The notes below the pieces were generated by a model. The model had not been told where the DNA came from, did no database searches, and saw only the letters and a program-made list of their open reading frames with translations. From positions 448,001 to 512,000 of the forward strand of contig CAVYNY010000022.1 of assembly GCA_963769935.1 (NCBI GenBank): DNA of 64,000 nt, in the 5' to 3' direction. Source of the DNA: an uncultured delta proteobacterium (GTDB taxonomy: Bacteria; Desulfobacterota; Desulfobacteria; Desulfobacterales; JAFDCJ01). Numbering within the stretch: the stretch's first letter is position 1; every line of letters begins with the position of its first letter. Shown piece by piece: positions 1 to 11,190 of this stretch. The translations under genes and the position numbers were made by a program.

Positions 1-1013
1 TGGACATAGAGCATGGCTATCAGCACATACGGGAAGAACCGGCTGAAGCCCTGCAGTTTCGCAAAAGCATAACTCAAACATCCGGCTCCTAGAGAAACGT
101 AAATGTTGGTCAGCAACAGGGCCCTTTGCAGACCGAATATTAATTTGCTCCAGTGGTTTTTGCGTTTGACCTGCAAGGCTTCCAGAGCCCGGTAGACCTT
201 TTTAATAATCCAGTTGGGAGTAGAAGCGCCGGCGGTTATCCCGATATACCGGGCCGATCCCAGCACATCCATGTCAATATTCGTGAGATCTTCTTCGGAT
301 TCGATGTGATAAGCCGGCTTGCCGGCTTGATTTGCAATTTCGGCCAGCCGGCGGGTGTTGCCGCTGTCGCGACCGCCCACCACAATTACGGCATCAACCG
401 CTTCGGCCAAGCGTTTGACTTCAGCCTGGCGCCTTTCGGTGGAGTCGCAAATAGTATTGAAGACCTTGTAGTGGGGGTGTTTGGCAGCGGCCCAGTCTTT
501 TACGCTTTCGAATAGCTTTGTGTTCTGTGTTGTTTGCGCAACGATGATCGCCTGGTCGAATGCCGGCAACGCCTCAAGCTCCTCCATACTGCCTACCACA
601 TATCCCTTCTGCCGGGCATATCCGAGCAGCCCGATGACCTCAGGGTGATCTTTATCGCCGATGATAATCGAAGCAAAATCGTTTTTGGCATGTTTGCGGA
701 TGATGGTTTGAACTTTAATCACGCGCGGGCAGGTCGCATCAATGACCTTAAAATCGGCTTGGCTGAGTTTTTGCTTGATGGTCGGTGGAACCCCGTGGGC
801 CCGGATCAGCACTGTGCCGGACCCGTGGGCGGGTATCTCCTCAAGCACTGTGATATCTTTTGTTTTCAAAAGATTAAGGACCTGAGGATTATGAATCAGG
901 GGTCCATAAGTGAAAATCGGGTTTGCATACTTATCGGGCGCATCCAGGACCATTTCCACAGCCCGACGCACCCCCATGCAAAAACCGGATGTCTTGGCGA
1001 TGAGTACTTTCAT
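1..1013 (-). CDS. ispH: 4-hydroxy-3-methylbut-2-enyl diphosphate reductase IspH with a fused C-terminal membrane (UbiA-like) region; 3' end lies outside the window
   Basis: Absent from the ORF track because it runs off the edge. Manual translation from ATG 1013 gives MKVLIAKTSGFCMGVRRAVEMVLDAP (IspH GFCxGVxRA motif). The frame is still open at position 3, ending in hydrophobic ...LLLTNIYVSLGAGCLSYAF...FFPYVLIAMLYV. Confidence 0.9.
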   Translation of the reverse strand, partial: MKVLIAKTSGFCMGVRRAVEMVLDAPDKYANPIFTYGPLIHNPQVLNLLKTKDITVLEEIPAHGSGTVLIRAHGVPPTIKQKLSQADFKVIDATCPRVIKVQTIIRKHAKNDFASIIIGDKDHPEVIGLLGYARQKGYVVGSMEELEALPAFDQAIIVAQTTQNTKLFESVKDWAAAKHPHYKVFNTICDSTERRQAEVKRLAEAVDAVIVVGGRDSGNTRRLAEIANQAGKPAYHIESEEDLTNIDMDVLGSARYIGITAGASTPNWIIKKVYRALEALQVKRKNHWSKLIFGLQRALLLTNIYVSLGAGCLSYAFAKLQGFSRFFPYVLIAMLYV

Positions 1014-1018
1014 GAACT

Positions 1019-1207
1019 TTAATTATGCCTCAGGAATACCTTGTTATCCACCAGCGACAGCGAGTATATCTGGGCTTTTAAAACCTTTTGTTCGCCGAAA
1101 ATATTGACCAGTCGAATTCCATCCTCTTGTGGTTCGATCGTATCCACTGCTTCCATAATCAATTTTTGCTCGTTGCCTTCGAGTAAATAGGCGTTGGCTT
1201 CACACAT
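1019..1207 (-). CDS. CooT-family small nickel-binding protein
   Basis: 62 aa, MCEANAYL N-terminus and 'LVNIFGEQK' pattern typical of CooT; AAGGA RBS upstream. Confidence 0.8.
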   Translation of the reverse strand: MCEANAYLLEGNEQKLIMEAVDTIEPQEDGIRLVNIFGEQKVLKAQIYSLSLVDNKVFLRHN

Positions 1208-1231
1208 AATGGTTTCCTTTATAACAAGTGT

Positions 1232-1753
1232 TCACAGTTTGCTGAGTTTGGCCCGGTTTTTGCGCTGTCTTTTTGGCAACCGCTTGCTGGGGCCTTTTTT
1301 TTTGGTTGTCGGTGTCCAGCCGGTCTGGTTTTCCTCTTCGATTTGTGCGCTGGCCAGGTATTGCGATGTGACCAACCTACTTTCAAAATCGCGGGCGCCA
1401 ATGGTCGCAGCGCCCCATGCTGCGGCCGATCGAACGATGTCCTGATCGGAACTGACCACCAGGGCCTTTGGTCCTTCCCGTTGAGCCATTCTTTTTATGA
1501 CGGCATCTGCCGATTCTCCGTTGTGGGAATACACAATTGTGATGCCCTTCTGTCGATCCCGCTGCCGCGAGAGCAGGGGGGATCCGGTTCCATCGAAAAC
1601 AACGGTGATGTGGTGGGCTTTAAATTTTTTATACGCTGCCAGCATGTCCACCAGGGCCTCGCGACCCAGCTGAATATCCTGCAGATCCAGCGTGCTTAAC
1701 CGGCTGGATTGGCGGATGAGATTGTAGCCGTCTATAATGATATGAAGGGACAT
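1232..1753 (-). CDS. NYN-domain (YacP/Rae1-like) ribonuclease
   Basis: IIIDGYNLI, VVFDG, ESADAVI and VVSSD motifs; start placed at ATG 1753. Confidence 0.85.
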   Translation of the reverse strand: MSLHIIIDGYNLIRQSSRLSTLDLQDIQLGREALVDMLAAYKKFKAHHITVVFDGTGSPLLSRQRDRQKGITIVYSHNGESADAVIKRMAQREGPKALVVSSDQDIVRSAAAWGAATIGARDFESRLVTSQYLASAQIEEENQTGWTPTTKKKGPSKRLPKRQRKNRAKLSKL

Positions 1754-1831
1754 GGTATCTTTCAAGTCCCGAGCGGGTAAGAAAATATTCACCCCCGGGA
1801 TATACAGGAAAATGGGCCAAAAAGGGGTATT

Positions 1832-2227
1832 GGTTTCAGGTGTCCGGTTTCAGGTGTCAGGGACAGGAAGTTTGATGAAAGGTAATATTTCGCTGATTAT
1901 GTCTGACACATTATCAATTTCCAGATCCATTGGCTACTGCCGGTTTGGTATCTGTTATTTGATATTTCCTAGCTGGCCGTACGAAACTTCAGTTTCTATT
2001 GCAACAAGACTGGCCGCCAGCGGTGTTGCTGAAACCTCATATGAAACTTCCTTAAATTCGATGCCATTTTTACGAAGTGTCTCACCGCTGAGAGCGCGGA
2101 GATCGCAGAGATTAATTTAACTTATCTTTCTCGGCGTTCTCGGCGGGCTCTGCGGTGAACTATTATGTTTCTTTTTCGATCAGACCGGCCGTTGTTTTGG
2201 CCGGCGGCTGGGCTGACACCTGAGACC
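1832..2227. repeat. Intergenic MITE/REP-like element with inverted termini and a nested palindrome
   Basis: Left end GGTTTCAGGTGTCCGGTTTCAGGTGTCAG is complementary to right end CTGACACCTGAGACC. Internal TCACCGCTGAGAGCGCGGAGA...TCTCGGCGGGCTCTGCGGTGA at ~2082-2158. Related motifs at ~24796-24849 and ~50995-51018. Confidence 0.7.
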
Positions 2228-2284
2228 TCCATCTTATCCTGCAGAGTAACCTGAAATATGTTGTCAGATAAAAGACCATATGGT

Positions 2285-3196
2285 CTAATTTTTTGTCTGC
2301 TTCAACCGGTCTATCAAACGCTCCAGGTCGTCATTGCTGTAGAATTCAATTTCAACTTTGCCTTTTTGACCATCCTTTTTGATCAGAATTTTGGTGCCGA
2401 AATGACGGGATAGATCTTCGGCCAGACCGGAAAGATATATCTGTTCGGAGCGATTTCCGTCCACCCGCGGCTTTTTTTTCTCCGCCTTCATGCGCCGGAC
2501 GAGATTTTCGGTTTCTCTAACCGACAACCCTTTGGTGACAACCGCCCGCCAGGCCCCCAGTTGCTGGGCAGCGGATTCGGTGCCCAGCAGCGCCCTGGCA
2601 TGTCCCATGCTCAATGTGCCGTCGATAATACTGGCTTTAATTTGATCCGGCAATTGCCGCAATCTTAAAAAGTTGGCCACCGCCGACCGGCTTTTACCTA
2701 CCCGGGCGGCGGCCTGATCCTGGGTCAGATTCAGCTGGGTAATCAGTCGCTGGTAGGCTTCGGCTTCTTCGATGGGGTTTAGATTTTCGCGCTGGATGTT
2801 TTCGACCAGGGACATTTCCAGCAATTTTTCATCGCTGACCCGTTTAATTACCACCGGCACCTGGGTTAATCCGGCTCGTTTGGCCGCCCGCAGACGCCTT
2901 TCACCGGCTATTAGTTCGTAACCGGCTTCGTCATGGCGTACCAGCAGGGGCTGCAAAATGCCCTGGTTTTTGATCGACTCGGCAAGCTCCTGCAGGTCGT
3001 CTTCGGAAAAAGCCCTACGGGGCTGAAATCGGTTGGGATGGATCAGGTCGATGTCACAATAGAAATAGTCCCGCTTTTTTTCTTCTTCCTCTGTCTCGAG
3101 GCCCGGAATAAGAGCTCCCAAACCTTTGCCCAGGGCCATCTTTTTGCGCTTGACCGCACTGGAGCCGCTGTTTTTAGTCAGATTACTTTTTTGCAT
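2285..3196 (-). CDS. parB: Chromosome partitioning protein ParB/Spo0J
   Basis: [12 protein letters not shown]-terminus, GERRLRA box, [17 protein letters not shown] region. Confidence 0.97.
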   Translation of the reverse strand: MQKSNLTKNSGSSAVKRKKMALGKGLGALIPGLETEEEEKKRDYFYCDIDLIHPNRFQPRRAFSEDDLQELAESIKNQGILQPLLVRHDEAGYELIAGERRLRAAKRAGLTQVPVVIKRVSDEKLLEMSLVENIQRENLNPIEEAEAYQRLITQLNLTQDQAAARVGKSRSAVANFLRLRQLPDQIKASIIDGTLSMGHARALLGTESAAQQLGAWRAVVTKGLSVRETENLVRRMKAEKKKPRVDGNRSEQIYLSGLAEDLSRHFGTKILIKKDGQKGKVEIEFYSNDDLERLIDRLKQTKN

Positions 3197-3984
3197 TGGT
3201 CATCCTTATCCCGTGTACCGGAAATTCGATCTTCCATTATTTCCTTGGCCAGTTCAAAGTAACTGCGGGCACCGGTCGAGGTGGCATCGTAGAGCAATAT
3301 GGGTTTGCCGAAGCTCGGCGCTTCACTCAACCGTATATTTCTGGGAATGATGGTTTTGAATACCAGATTGTTGAAGTATTTTTCAGCCTCCTCGGCAACC
3401 TGGTAAGACAGATTGGTTCGCTGGTCGAACATGGTCAACAGGATCCCGGCGATCTTGAGATCGGGATTCAGGGCCTGTTTGATGCGTTTGACGGTTTGCA
3501 GCAGCTGCCCCAGGCCTTCTAAGGCATAAAATTCGCACTGCAACGGTATCAGCAGGGAATCGGCCGCCGTCAGTGCGTTTACGGTTAAAAGGCTCAGCGA
3601 AGGCGGACAATCCAGGATTATATATTCAAATGAACTGCGAAGATCGGCAATGAGATTCTTCAAGGCATGCTCCCGATTGGCACTCGACATCATTTCCACT
3701 TCAAATCCGATCAACTCCACGTGGGAAGGGATCACCTTTAATGACGAAATGGCACTGTCCATGATCAGATTTTCAGATCCAGCCTGGCCCAGCATGCCGT
3801 GGTACAGGTTTTTGTCCATGGCGGCCGGATCAATGCCAACCCCCGAAGTCGCATTGGCCTGGGGATCACAATCCACCAGCAGGGTGCGTTTTTCCGACAC
3901 CGCCAGGGACGCTGACAGGTTGATGGCCGTTGTCGTTTTGCCCACGCCGCCTTTTTGATTCGCAATGCATATTACCTGTGCCAT
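3178..3984 (-). CDS. parA: Chromosome partitioning ATPase ParA/Soj
   Basis: [11 protein letters not shown] deviant Walker [22 protein letters not shown]. Confidence 0.97.
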   Translation of the reverse strand: MAQVICIANQKGGVGKTTTAINLSASLAVSEKRTLLVDCDPQANATSGVGIDPAAMDKNLYHGMLGQAGSENLIMDSAISSLKVIPSHVELIGFEVEMMSSANREHALKNLIADLRSSFEYIILDCPPSLSLLTVNALTAADSLLIPLQCEFYALEGLGQLLQTVKRIKQALNPDLKIAGILLTMFDQRTNLSYQVAEEAEKYFNNLVFKTIIPRNIRLSEAPSFGKPILLYDATSTGARSYFELAKEIMEDRISGTRDKDDQCKKVI

Positions 3985-4204
3985 GGTTTCTATCCTGGAG
4001 ATTCGATTATAGCGCCCCGAAAAAATCTTTAATATTCCGTAGGCTCGGACACGCCGAAACCTGAGTCTGATTTAACACAAAACTTGCTGTTTGAAAAGAG
4101 GATTAAAATGTGGCAATATATGGACGCAGTTCATTCGGACCATATATGACCGAAACTTGTAACGGTCATTTCCGGTTATATGTTGAAGGGAATATTGGAA
4201 GACC

Positions 4205-5623
4205 ATGAAAACATTTCAAAAAAGTATTGCCGTTGGGTTGATTGCCGCATTTGTCCTGGGCGGCCTCTTTCCGTCGGAGGTTTTCAGCATCACGGTCAAA
4301 GAAGAAGAAGATCTGTCCCGCGAGATGCTGACGGCCATTTACAACCATTATGAAATCATTGACGATCCTGACATCGTTGCCTATGTCAATGAAGTCGGCA
4401 ATCGGATCCTGGCGGTGCTGCCCCCGCAGCCGTTCACATACCACTTTCATGTTATCAAAGAAGATGTCTACAACGCGTTTGCCACGCCGGCCGGTCACAT
4501 CTTCGTATACAGCGGTCTGATAGTGGCCATGACCGAAGAGGATGAGCTGGCCGGGATCCTGGGCCACGAAATCGGCCACGTTTACTGCCGGCATATTTCG
4601 CAAAAAATTGAACAGCAAAAAAAATTAGGATGGGCAGCCTTGGCCGGCGTAGCGGCCGGCGTTCTGCTGGGCGTCGGTGGAGCCGGGGCAGCGGCCCAGG
4701 CGGTTACCATGGGGGCTCCGGCTGCCGCTCAGGCTGCCGCACTGTCTTACAGCCGGGAAGATGAGATGCAGGCCGACCAGATCGGCGTGAAATTAGTTGA
4801 CGAAGCAGGGTACAGCCCCGAAGGGCTGCTGAAAATTTTAAAGAAAATCCGCGCCAAAACATGGTTCGGAACGGAGCAGGTTCCCAGCTACTTAATGACC
4901 CACCCGGCGGTCGAGGACCGTATTTCTTATATCAGCGGATGGATTGAATCCCACAACGCCAGCGCTAAACCTAAACCTCAGGTCAATGAGGATGAGTTTG
5001 ACAGGGTGCATACCCGGATCGAAACCGGCTATGGTGACGAGCAAGTCGTTTTGACCAGACTTCAAGCCGATGTTGCCCGCGATCCGGGGGATCCTTTGGC
5101 CCATTACCGCTACGGCCTGATACTGGCGAGAGTCGGAAAACGGCAGGAAGCCGTCGAACAAATGCGGATGGCGTTGACGAAAAGAGCATTTGACCCCTAT
5201 ATTTTAAGAGATCTTGGCTGGATATATTATCTGGACGGTCAATTTCCACAGGCCCTCAAATTGCTGAGCAGTGCCGGCGGCTTGATGCCCAAGGACCCGG
5301 ACTGCATTTATTATCTGGGCCGTACCCAGCTGGAGATGGGAAATCTGACCGAGGCCGCGGATAACTTTCTCATGCTCACCCGGCAATACCCCCAGTTCCC
5401 GGAGGCTTACTATTATCTGGGACAAAGCGTCGGGAAGCAGGAAAATCTGGGCGACGCTCACTATTATCTCGGTGTGTACTATCTGAAGAAAAGAGACAAC
5501 AAGAATGCCGGGATTCAATTTAAGCAAGCTTTAAAGCTTGTGCAGGATGAAGAAAAACGCAAAGAAATCGAAAAATGGCTGGCTCAAATCAGAGGGGAAG
5601 GGGACAAAAAGAACCCAAATTAA
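4205..5623 (+). CDS. M48-family Zn metalloprotease with TPR repeats (BepA/YfgC-like)
   Basis: Signal peptide, NAFATPAG, HEIGH, YSREDEMQAD, THP, C-terminal TPRs. Confidence 0.92.
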   Translation: MKTFQKSIAVGLIAAFVLGGLFPSEVFSITVKEEEDLSREMLTAIYNHYEIIDDPDIVAYVNEVGNRILAVLPPQPFTYHFHVIKEDVYNAFATPAGHIFVYSGLIVAMTEEDELAGILGHEIGHVYCRHISQKIEQQKKLGWAALAGVAAGVLLGVGGAGAAAQAVTMGAPAAAQAAALSYSREDEMQADQIGVKLVDEAGYSPEGLLKILKKIRAKTWFGTEQVPSYLMTHPAVEDRISYISGWIESHNASAKPKPQVNEDEFDRVHTRIETGYGDEQVVLTRLQADVARDPGDPLAHYRYGLILARVGKRQEAVEQMRMALTKRAFDPYILRDLGWIYYLDGQFPQALKLLSSAGGLMPKDPDCIYYLGRTQLEMGNLTEAADNFLMLTRQYPQFPEAYYYLGQSVGKQENLGDAHYYLGVYYLKKRDNKNAGIQFKQALKLVQDEEKRKEIEKWLAQIRGEGDKKNPN

Positions 5624-5709
5624 AATTGAGCCGAGCCTGAAGCAGACGCTGCATAAACCTGTTTAACTCCTCATGCTGGGTAGAAGCAAGGCCGTCGATT
5701 TCACTCGGA

Positions 5710-5806
5710 CGATGCTGGATGATGGATACTTGATGCCGGATATTGCGGAATTCGCCGAGAGTGAGATCCAGAAACATCCAGTATCCAGAAACCAGTATCC
5801 AGGATC
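5710..5806. repeat. Heptamer-periodic imperfect palindrome between convergent genes
   Basis: GATGCTG GATGATG GATACTT GATGCCG GATATTG arm followed by complementary CATCCAGTATCCAGAAACCAGTATCCAGGATC arm. Confidence 0.7.
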
Positions 5807-5875
5807 ACGTAATATTGCCAATGGCTTACATCACAACGGCTTTAATATTAGAAAATATTTTAGGCAGCTTAGAGG

Positions 5876-7909
5876 TCAACTGTGGTCAAAATGGGAAAAC
5901 TGCATGGTAAAAGTGCCCCTGCCCTGGGTGGCCGATCGCAGGGAGGTTGAATATCCGAACATGCTCGAGAGGGGGACGGTTACTTTGATAATTTGAGATC
6001 CCGTTTTGTGGTCGATGGATTCAATTTTACCGCCGCGGGCATTCAGGTCGCCGATCACCTCGCCCATGAACGCCTCGGGCACAAATACCTCCACATCCAT
6101 GATCGGCTCCAGCAAAAAAGGGTCGGCCTTGGCCAGGGCCTCGCGGGTGGCCATGGAAGCGGCGACGGTATAAGCCAGTTCGGTGCTGAGCGAATCCTTG
6201 TGCTGAACGCTTACGAGGGTGACTTCGACATCGACCACCGGATACCCCATCAATGAGCCGCTTTCAAATGATTCCAGTGCGCCTTTGCGGGCGGCCTGGA
6301 TATAAATCTGCGGCAGTTGATCTTCCGGAATTTTAGAAATAAATTGGTTTCCCGAGCCGCGCGGCATTGGCGTCAAACTCAGGCTGACTTCACCATAAAG
6401 ACGCTGCCCGGCTATTTCCTTATCAAAAATAGCCGACGCTTTTGCCCGCTTTGCGATGGCCTCTCTATATACCACCTGGGGTTTGCCGACATTGACACTG
6501 GTGTTGAATTCCCGCTGCATGCGGCTGGTGACAATTTCCAGATGCAGCTCCCCCATACCCGAGAGGATCGTCTGGCCGGTATCTTCGTCTTTACGCACGC
6601 GGAGGGTTGGATCCTCCGCCATAAATTTTTGCAGCACCTCGTCTATTTTTTCCTGATCGGCATGGGTCTTGGGCTCCACCGCCACGGAGATAACCGGCTC
6701 GTAAATCTCGATATTTTCGAGCAGGACAGGATGGTCGGGATGGCACAGCGTGTCGCCGGTGGAAGAATCTTTCAAGCCGACAACCCCTACAATGCTGCCC
6801 GCACCCACCAAATCGATCCGTTCACGCTTGTTGGCGTGCATGCGCAGGAGGCGAGCCAGCTTCTCTTTTTTCTTCAGCGTAGGATTGTAAACCTCCTCAC
6901 CGGCCTTCAGCCTGCCGCTGTATACCCTGACGAATGTCAATTTGCGGCCTTCCATCATGGACACTTTGAATATCAAAGCCGCCAGTGGGTCGGAATCTCT
7001 GGCTTTGCACACGATTTCCTGGCCGGTTTCCGGATGCAACCCCTTTATGGGTGGAACATCGACCGGACTCGGCAAAAATTTTACGATGGCATCCAGCAGG
7101 AGCTGCACGCCTTTGTTTCTCAGTGCCGAACCGCATAAAACAGGAACCAGCTCCAGCTTGACGGTGCCCTTACGAATCGCTTCGACAACTTTGGACCCGT
7201 CGATGGGCAGTTCCGATAAATAGGCCTCCATTAATTCGTCATCGTATTCCGCCGCGGCCTCAATCATTTTGTCCCGGTATTCTTCAGCCCGGGCGAGGTA
7301 TTTATCGCTGATATCCAACAGCTGATATGAGGCCCCCAGCGTTTCATCGTCCCATCGGATCTGCTTCATTTCGATCAGATCAATGACATCGGTAAATTCT
7401 TCCCCCTGGCCGACGGGCAACTGCAAAATGAGGGGGTTGGCTCTAAGGCGCGTTCTCATCATGGCAACGGTTCCCGTAAAATCGGCACCGATCCTGTCCA
7501 TTTTGTTGATGAAGGCTATTTTGGGAACACCGTATTTATCGGCCTGACGCCAGACGGTCTCGGACTGAGGCTCAACGCCCTCCACGGCACTGAAAACGCC
7601 GACCGCCCCGTCCAGCACCCGGAGGGAGCGTTCGACCTCAATCGTAAAATCAACATGCCCCGGCGTATCAATAATGTGAATTTCAAATTCTTTCCAGTTA
7701 CAGGTAGTAACCGCCGAAGTAATTGTAATACCCCGTTCCTGTTCATCGGCCATCCAGTCCATCACCGCTTCACCGTCATGCACCTCGCCTAATTTATGGG
7801 ATTTGCCGGTGTAGTATAAAATTCGCTCGGTCACCGTGGTTTTACCCGCGTCAATGTGAGCAATGATGCCGATGTTTCGGATACTGCTTATTTTTGTTTT
7901 TTGGCTCAT
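5876..7909 (-). CDS. fusA: Elongation factor G (stand-alone paralog)
   Basis: [47 protein letters not shown]; not within an rpsL-rpsG operon. Confidence 0.95.
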   Translation of the reverse strand: MSQKTKISSIRNIGIIAHIDAGKTTVTERILYYTGKSHKLGEVHDGEAVMDWMADEQERGITITSAVTTCNWKEFEIHIIDTPGHVDFTIEVERSLRVLDGAVGVFSAVEGVEPQSETVWRQADKYGVPKIAFINKMDRIGADFTGTVAMMRTRLRANPLILQLPVGQGEEFTDVIDLIEMKQIRWDDETLGASYQLLDISDKYLARAEEYRDKMIEAAAEYDDELMEAYLSELPIDGSKVVEAIRKGTVKLELVPVLCGSALRNKGVQLLLDAIVKFLPSPVDVPPIKGLHPETGQEIVCKARDSDPLAALIFKVSMMEGRKLTFVRVYSGRLKAGEEVYNPTLKKKEKLARLLRMHANKRERIDLVGAGSIVGVVGLKDSSTGDTLCHPDHPVLLENIEIYEPVISVAVEPKTHADQEKIDEVLQKFMAEDPTLRVRKDEDTGQTILSGMGELHLEIVTSRMQREFNTSVNVGKPQVVYREAIAKRAKASAIFDKEIAGQRLYGEVSLSLTPMPRGSGNQFISKIPEDQLPQIYIQAARKGALESFESGSLMGYPVVDVEVTLVSVQHKDSLSTELAYTVAASMATREALAKADPFLLEPIMDVEVFVPEAFMGEVIGDLNARGGKIESIDHKTGSQIIKVTVPLSSMFGYSTSLRSATQGRGTFTMQFSHFDHS

Positions 7910-8493
7910 CGTACTATCAGCATATGTGCCTTAAGAGGATATTGCAGATCAATATGTCCCGCCAGCGTTGATGTTTCATTGCCGTCAATCAGTATCTTGA
8001 CCCGTTCGATTTGGGGGATATTCAATATCAACGAATTAACCACCGAATAAATGGTCAGCAATTCTGAATTGCTTCCGCCGGGATGATTTGTTCTGACAGC
8101 CTCCGATAAATCGACATAGCACACTTTGTCAGGGGTAATATACAGGGCATTGAGCGCGGTGCCGTCCGGCAGCGTCTGCAGCAGTCCTTTTTGCGGCCCC
8201 TTTATCAATGCCTCCATAATGGCCCGTGCGAAGCCGACCGTATCAGGGGGTTGCAGCAAGACCCGTTGTTCCGACTTCAAGAAAGAATAGTTCCCGTCGG
8301 CAAAATAAAGATCCACCGCAGCTTTTTGGGATTCCACCGGCAACTGCGCGTGTTGTTGTTCCTCCGGGCTGCCGGCGCGCACCGGGTCGCTGCCTGTGCC
8401 CAGAAAAATGGCCCAAACCGCCCATCCGATCAAAAGGATTGCCGACGCCCGCCTGAATGTGGGCTTTGGTTTGCAATAATCGATAGAATTCAT
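7906..8493 (-). CDS. GerMN-domain protein with N-terminal membrane anchor
   Basis: [36 protein letters not shown] pattern; start could be 8493 or 8520. Confidence 0.85.
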   Translation of the reverse strand: MNSIDYCKPKPTFRRASAILLIGWAVWAIFLGTGSDPVRAGSPEEQQHAQLPVESQKAAVDLYFADGNYSFLKSEQRVLLQPPDTVGFARAIMEALIKGPQKGLLQTLPDGTALNALYITPDKVCYVDLSEAVRTNHPGGSNSELLTIYSVVNSLILNIPQIERVKILIDGNETSTLAGHIDLQYPLKAHMLIVR

Positions 8494-8521
8494 TTTACTA
8501 AATGCGCCCGGGAATTCCAAT

Positions 8522-8551
8522 AAAAAAAGGTTAGCCTGATACTAACCTTTT
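8522..8551 (-). terminator. Rho-independent terminator after tRNA-Ala
   Basis: AAAAGGTTAG-7 nt-CTAACCTTTT hairpin with a U-tract on the minus strand. Confidence 0.7.
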
Positions 8552-8555
8552 AATT

Positions 8556-8631
8556 TGGTGGAGCTGAGGGGGCTCGAACCCCTGGCCTCATGACTGCCAG
8601 TCATGCGCTCTCCCAGCTGAGCTACAGCCCC
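8556..8631 (-). tRNA. tRNA-Ala (GGC)
   Basis: Reverse complement GGGGCTGTAGCTCAGCTGGGAGAGCGCATGACTGGCAGTCATGAGGCCAGGGGTTCGAGCCCCCTCAGCTCCACCA: cloverleaf, GGC anticodon, G3-U70, CCA end. Confidence 0.98.
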
Positions 8632-8842
8632 AATAGAAAGTTCATCCTTTACCAAACGCCGGAGAGGGTGTCAATATTTATTTCGTCCTAAACTGATCGC
8701 CGCCATCAACGGTATGCTGTTGACAAATGGCGGATTAAAAAATATTATTTGATGTTTAAGGGGAAACGATGTCGGCCATTGCCTTTGCCGGTTAATCCGG
8801 ATCAGGGGACAATAACCGAGGTGATTGCCTCTGGGATGAAAT

Positions 8843-9097
8843 ATGAAAATGGATCCGAAAAATTTCATGTATGCGCACCGAAGGAATCCGGCCGGACCGA
8901 AAACAGCAGATGCGTACGAGGAATTCGACGCTACAGAGCTGTATTGTCAGCGCTGTAAACAGGCTGTTCCGGTTCGCAAGCGTCTGCTTCTGGTACTGCC
9001 GGAAGGAGACAAATATGAATACCTGTGCGCCTTCTGCTCGGCAACAGTCGGAACCAAGATGGATCGTCACGTTAAGCCGATTTCTCTGATTGTCTGA
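8843..9097 (+). CDS. Small zinc-ribbon protein
   Basis: CQRC...CAFC pairs in 84 aa. Confidence 0.75.
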   Translation: MKMDPKNFMYAHRRNPAGPKTADAYEEFDATELYCQRCKQAVPVRKRLLLVLPEGDKYEYLCAFCSATVGTKMDRHVKPISLIV

Positions 9098-9251
9098 TTT
9101 CCGTTCCCGCACTTCAGCCGGAAGGGGCCGGACTCAGAGCTACTTGGCGTTTTTAAAGTTAAGTTGTGCATTTTGGAACAAATAGTTTATACACGGACTG
9201 CCGAAGCAAATCCATCGAAAAGGAAGCAGTCCTGGCGGAGAAAGGAATTTT

Positions 9252-11147
9252 ATGCTCAGTTTAATGCGCAAACATGCAGGAAGTTGGATGATAAAATTAT
9301 TGTTGGGGGGCCTTGCAATAACTTTTATCTCCTGGGGAGGGTATCAATACAGTTCACAGCGGGCGAGCCGGGTGGCTTTGGTCAATGGTGAAACGATTAC
9401 GATTGCAGAATACAATTCAGCTTACAATCGTCTGATGGATCAGGTGCGGCAGAGTTTCGGCAACAGTTTAAATGATGAACTGCTCAAAAATCTGCAATTG
9501 GAACACAAGGCCCTGGATCAACTCGTTGATAATATTCTCATGCGTCAGGCGGCCTCGGAACTGGGCATACGAGTAACCGATCAAGATCTATCCCGATCCA
9601 TCCGGAGTATCGGCGCCTTTCAGGAGGCCGGTGTTTTTAATCCCCGCCGGTATCAATTGGTCCTGGATCGGAACAATCTGACCCCTAAGACCTTTGAAGT
9701 AAATCAAAGAGACGCTTTGCTGATACAGAAGTTAAACAATTTTATCACCGGCAGCGTCAAAGTGTCGGACGAGGAAACCAGCGAGTGGTTTAAGTGGAAT
9801 AATGCCATGCTCGATTTAAACTATTATTTGCTGGCGGCCGATCGCTATAAAGATATTTCTGTGACAGACGCGGAAATGCAGCAATATTTTGAGGCCCACA
9901 AAGATGATTATAAAACCGAGCCTGCGATAAAAGTACACTACCTGAAGTTCGATCCAAAAAACTATGTCGCACAGGTTAAAATCCCCGATGACGAGATCAG
10001 CGCCTATTATGACGAACATCCCAGCGAGTTTCAAAAACCGAAGACTGTTGAGGCCCGCCATATTTTAATAAAAGTCGACCCGAATGCCAGCCCCGAGGAA
10101 GTGGCCAAAGCCAAGGAGCGCATAGAAAGCATTTGGCAAAAGGCCAAAGACGGTCAGGATTTCGCAGAACTGGCCAAGCAGTACTCCGAAGGACCCAGCA
10201 AGGACAAAGGTGGTTACCTGGGAACTTTCCGACGGGAGGCAATGGTTAAGCCCTTTTCGGACAAGGCCTTTTCCATGAAAGCCGGCGAGATCAGCGATCC
10301 GATTAGGACCCAATTCGGCTGGCATATCATAAAAGTTGAAAAAGTGAATGAAGCGACAACGACGTCACTGGCCGACGCCAAGGCCGACATTCGCAAAAAG
10401 CTGGCGGACGAACGTGCCAAAAACATTGCCTACGATACTGCCGAATCGATTTATGATGCCGTTTTTCAGGGTGGTCGCCTGGATGCTATTGCAGCCGAGA
10501 ACAACCTAACCCTGCACACGACCGACTTTTTTACCCGCCAGAACCCGCCCGCGGATGTGGAGAAAAAGGCGGAATTTGCAAAAGTGGCATTTGAACTGCC
10601 CGAAGGCGAGAGCAGCGAAGTTCAGGATTTAGGCGACGGATATTATATTTTGGAGGTAATTGATAAACGTCCGGCCCAGATACCCGAATTTAAAACGATC
10701 GAACAAAAAGTCCGGGCCGATCTTATAAAAGAAAAACAAACTGAAAAGGCTAAGGCGGATGCCGAAGCCGTGCTGTCTGCACTAAAGAAGGGTGCCGCCT
10801 TTCAGGAGGCCGGCCGGCAATTTGATCTCAAAGCCCAGAGTACCGGTTTTTTCAAGCGCGATGAGGCTATACCGAATATCGGCTATGAAAGCGATATATC
10901 GCGGGCGGCTTTCGACCTGTCGGATAAAAACAAACTGCCCGGGGAGGTTTTAAAAGGCCGCAAAGGCTATTATGTGATTGAATTCGCCCAGAGAAAAGAA
11001 CCCGACATGGCAGCGTTTGAAAAGGAAAAGACTGATATCCAGGAGCGGCTGTTGCAGCAGAAAAGGTTTATGACTTTTGAGGCCTGGCTGGAGCAAATTA
11101 AAAATCGCAGCGAGATTGTCATCGAGAAAGATTTTTTAAAAAGCTAA
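9252..11147 (+). CDS. ppiD: PpiD/SurA-type periplasmic peptidyl-prolyl isomerase/chaperone
   Basis: N-terminal TM, SurA_N region, parvulin motifs ARHILIK, FAELAKQYSEGPSKDKGGYLG, TQFGWHII. Confidence 0.92.
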   Translation: MLSLMRKHAGSWMIKLLLGGLAITFISWGGYQYSSQRASRVALVNGETITIAEYNSAYNRLMDQVRQSFGNSLNDELLKNLQLEHKALDQLVDNILMRQAASELGIRVTDQDLSRSIRSIGAFQEAGVFNPRRYQLVLDRNNLTPKTFEVNQRDALLIQKLNNFITGSVKVSDEETSEWFKWNNAMLDLNYYLLAADRYKDISVTDAEMQQYFEAHKDDYKTEPAIKVHYLKFDPKNYVAQVKIPDDEISAYYDEHPSEFQKPKTVEARHILIKVDPNASPEEVAKAKERIESIWQKAKDGQDFAELAKQYSEGPSKDKGGYLGTFRREAMVKPFSDKAFSMKAGEISDPIRTQFGWHIIKVEKVNEATTTSLADAKADIRKKLADERAKNIAYDTAESIYDAVFQGGRLDAIAAENNLTLHTTDFFTRQNPPADVEKKAEFAKVAFELPEGESSEVQDLGDGYYILEVIDKRPAQIPEFKTIEQKVRADLIKEKQTEKAKADAEAVLSALKKGAAFQEAGRQFDLKAQSTGFFKRDEAIPNIGYESDISRAAFDLSDKNKLPGEVLKGRKGYYVIEFAQRKEPDMAAFEKEKTDIQERLLQQKRFMTFEAWLEQIKNRSEIVIEKDFLKS

Positions 11148-11190
11148 CGGATGATAAATAAAAATCTTAGCGTTTGTTCAGGAGGACCGC

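Noticed and set aside
153..1022. Plus-strand ORFs of 120 and 162 aa
   Set aside because: Antisense shadows in register with the minus-strand ispH fusion.
1800..4200. parS site or oriC near parAB
   Set aside because: No TGTTTCACGTGAAACA-like palindrome or DnaA-box cluster recognised by eye.
8556..8631. tRNA as an integration site
   Set aside because: No integrase and no duplicated tRNA 3' end noticed; flanks look like core genes.
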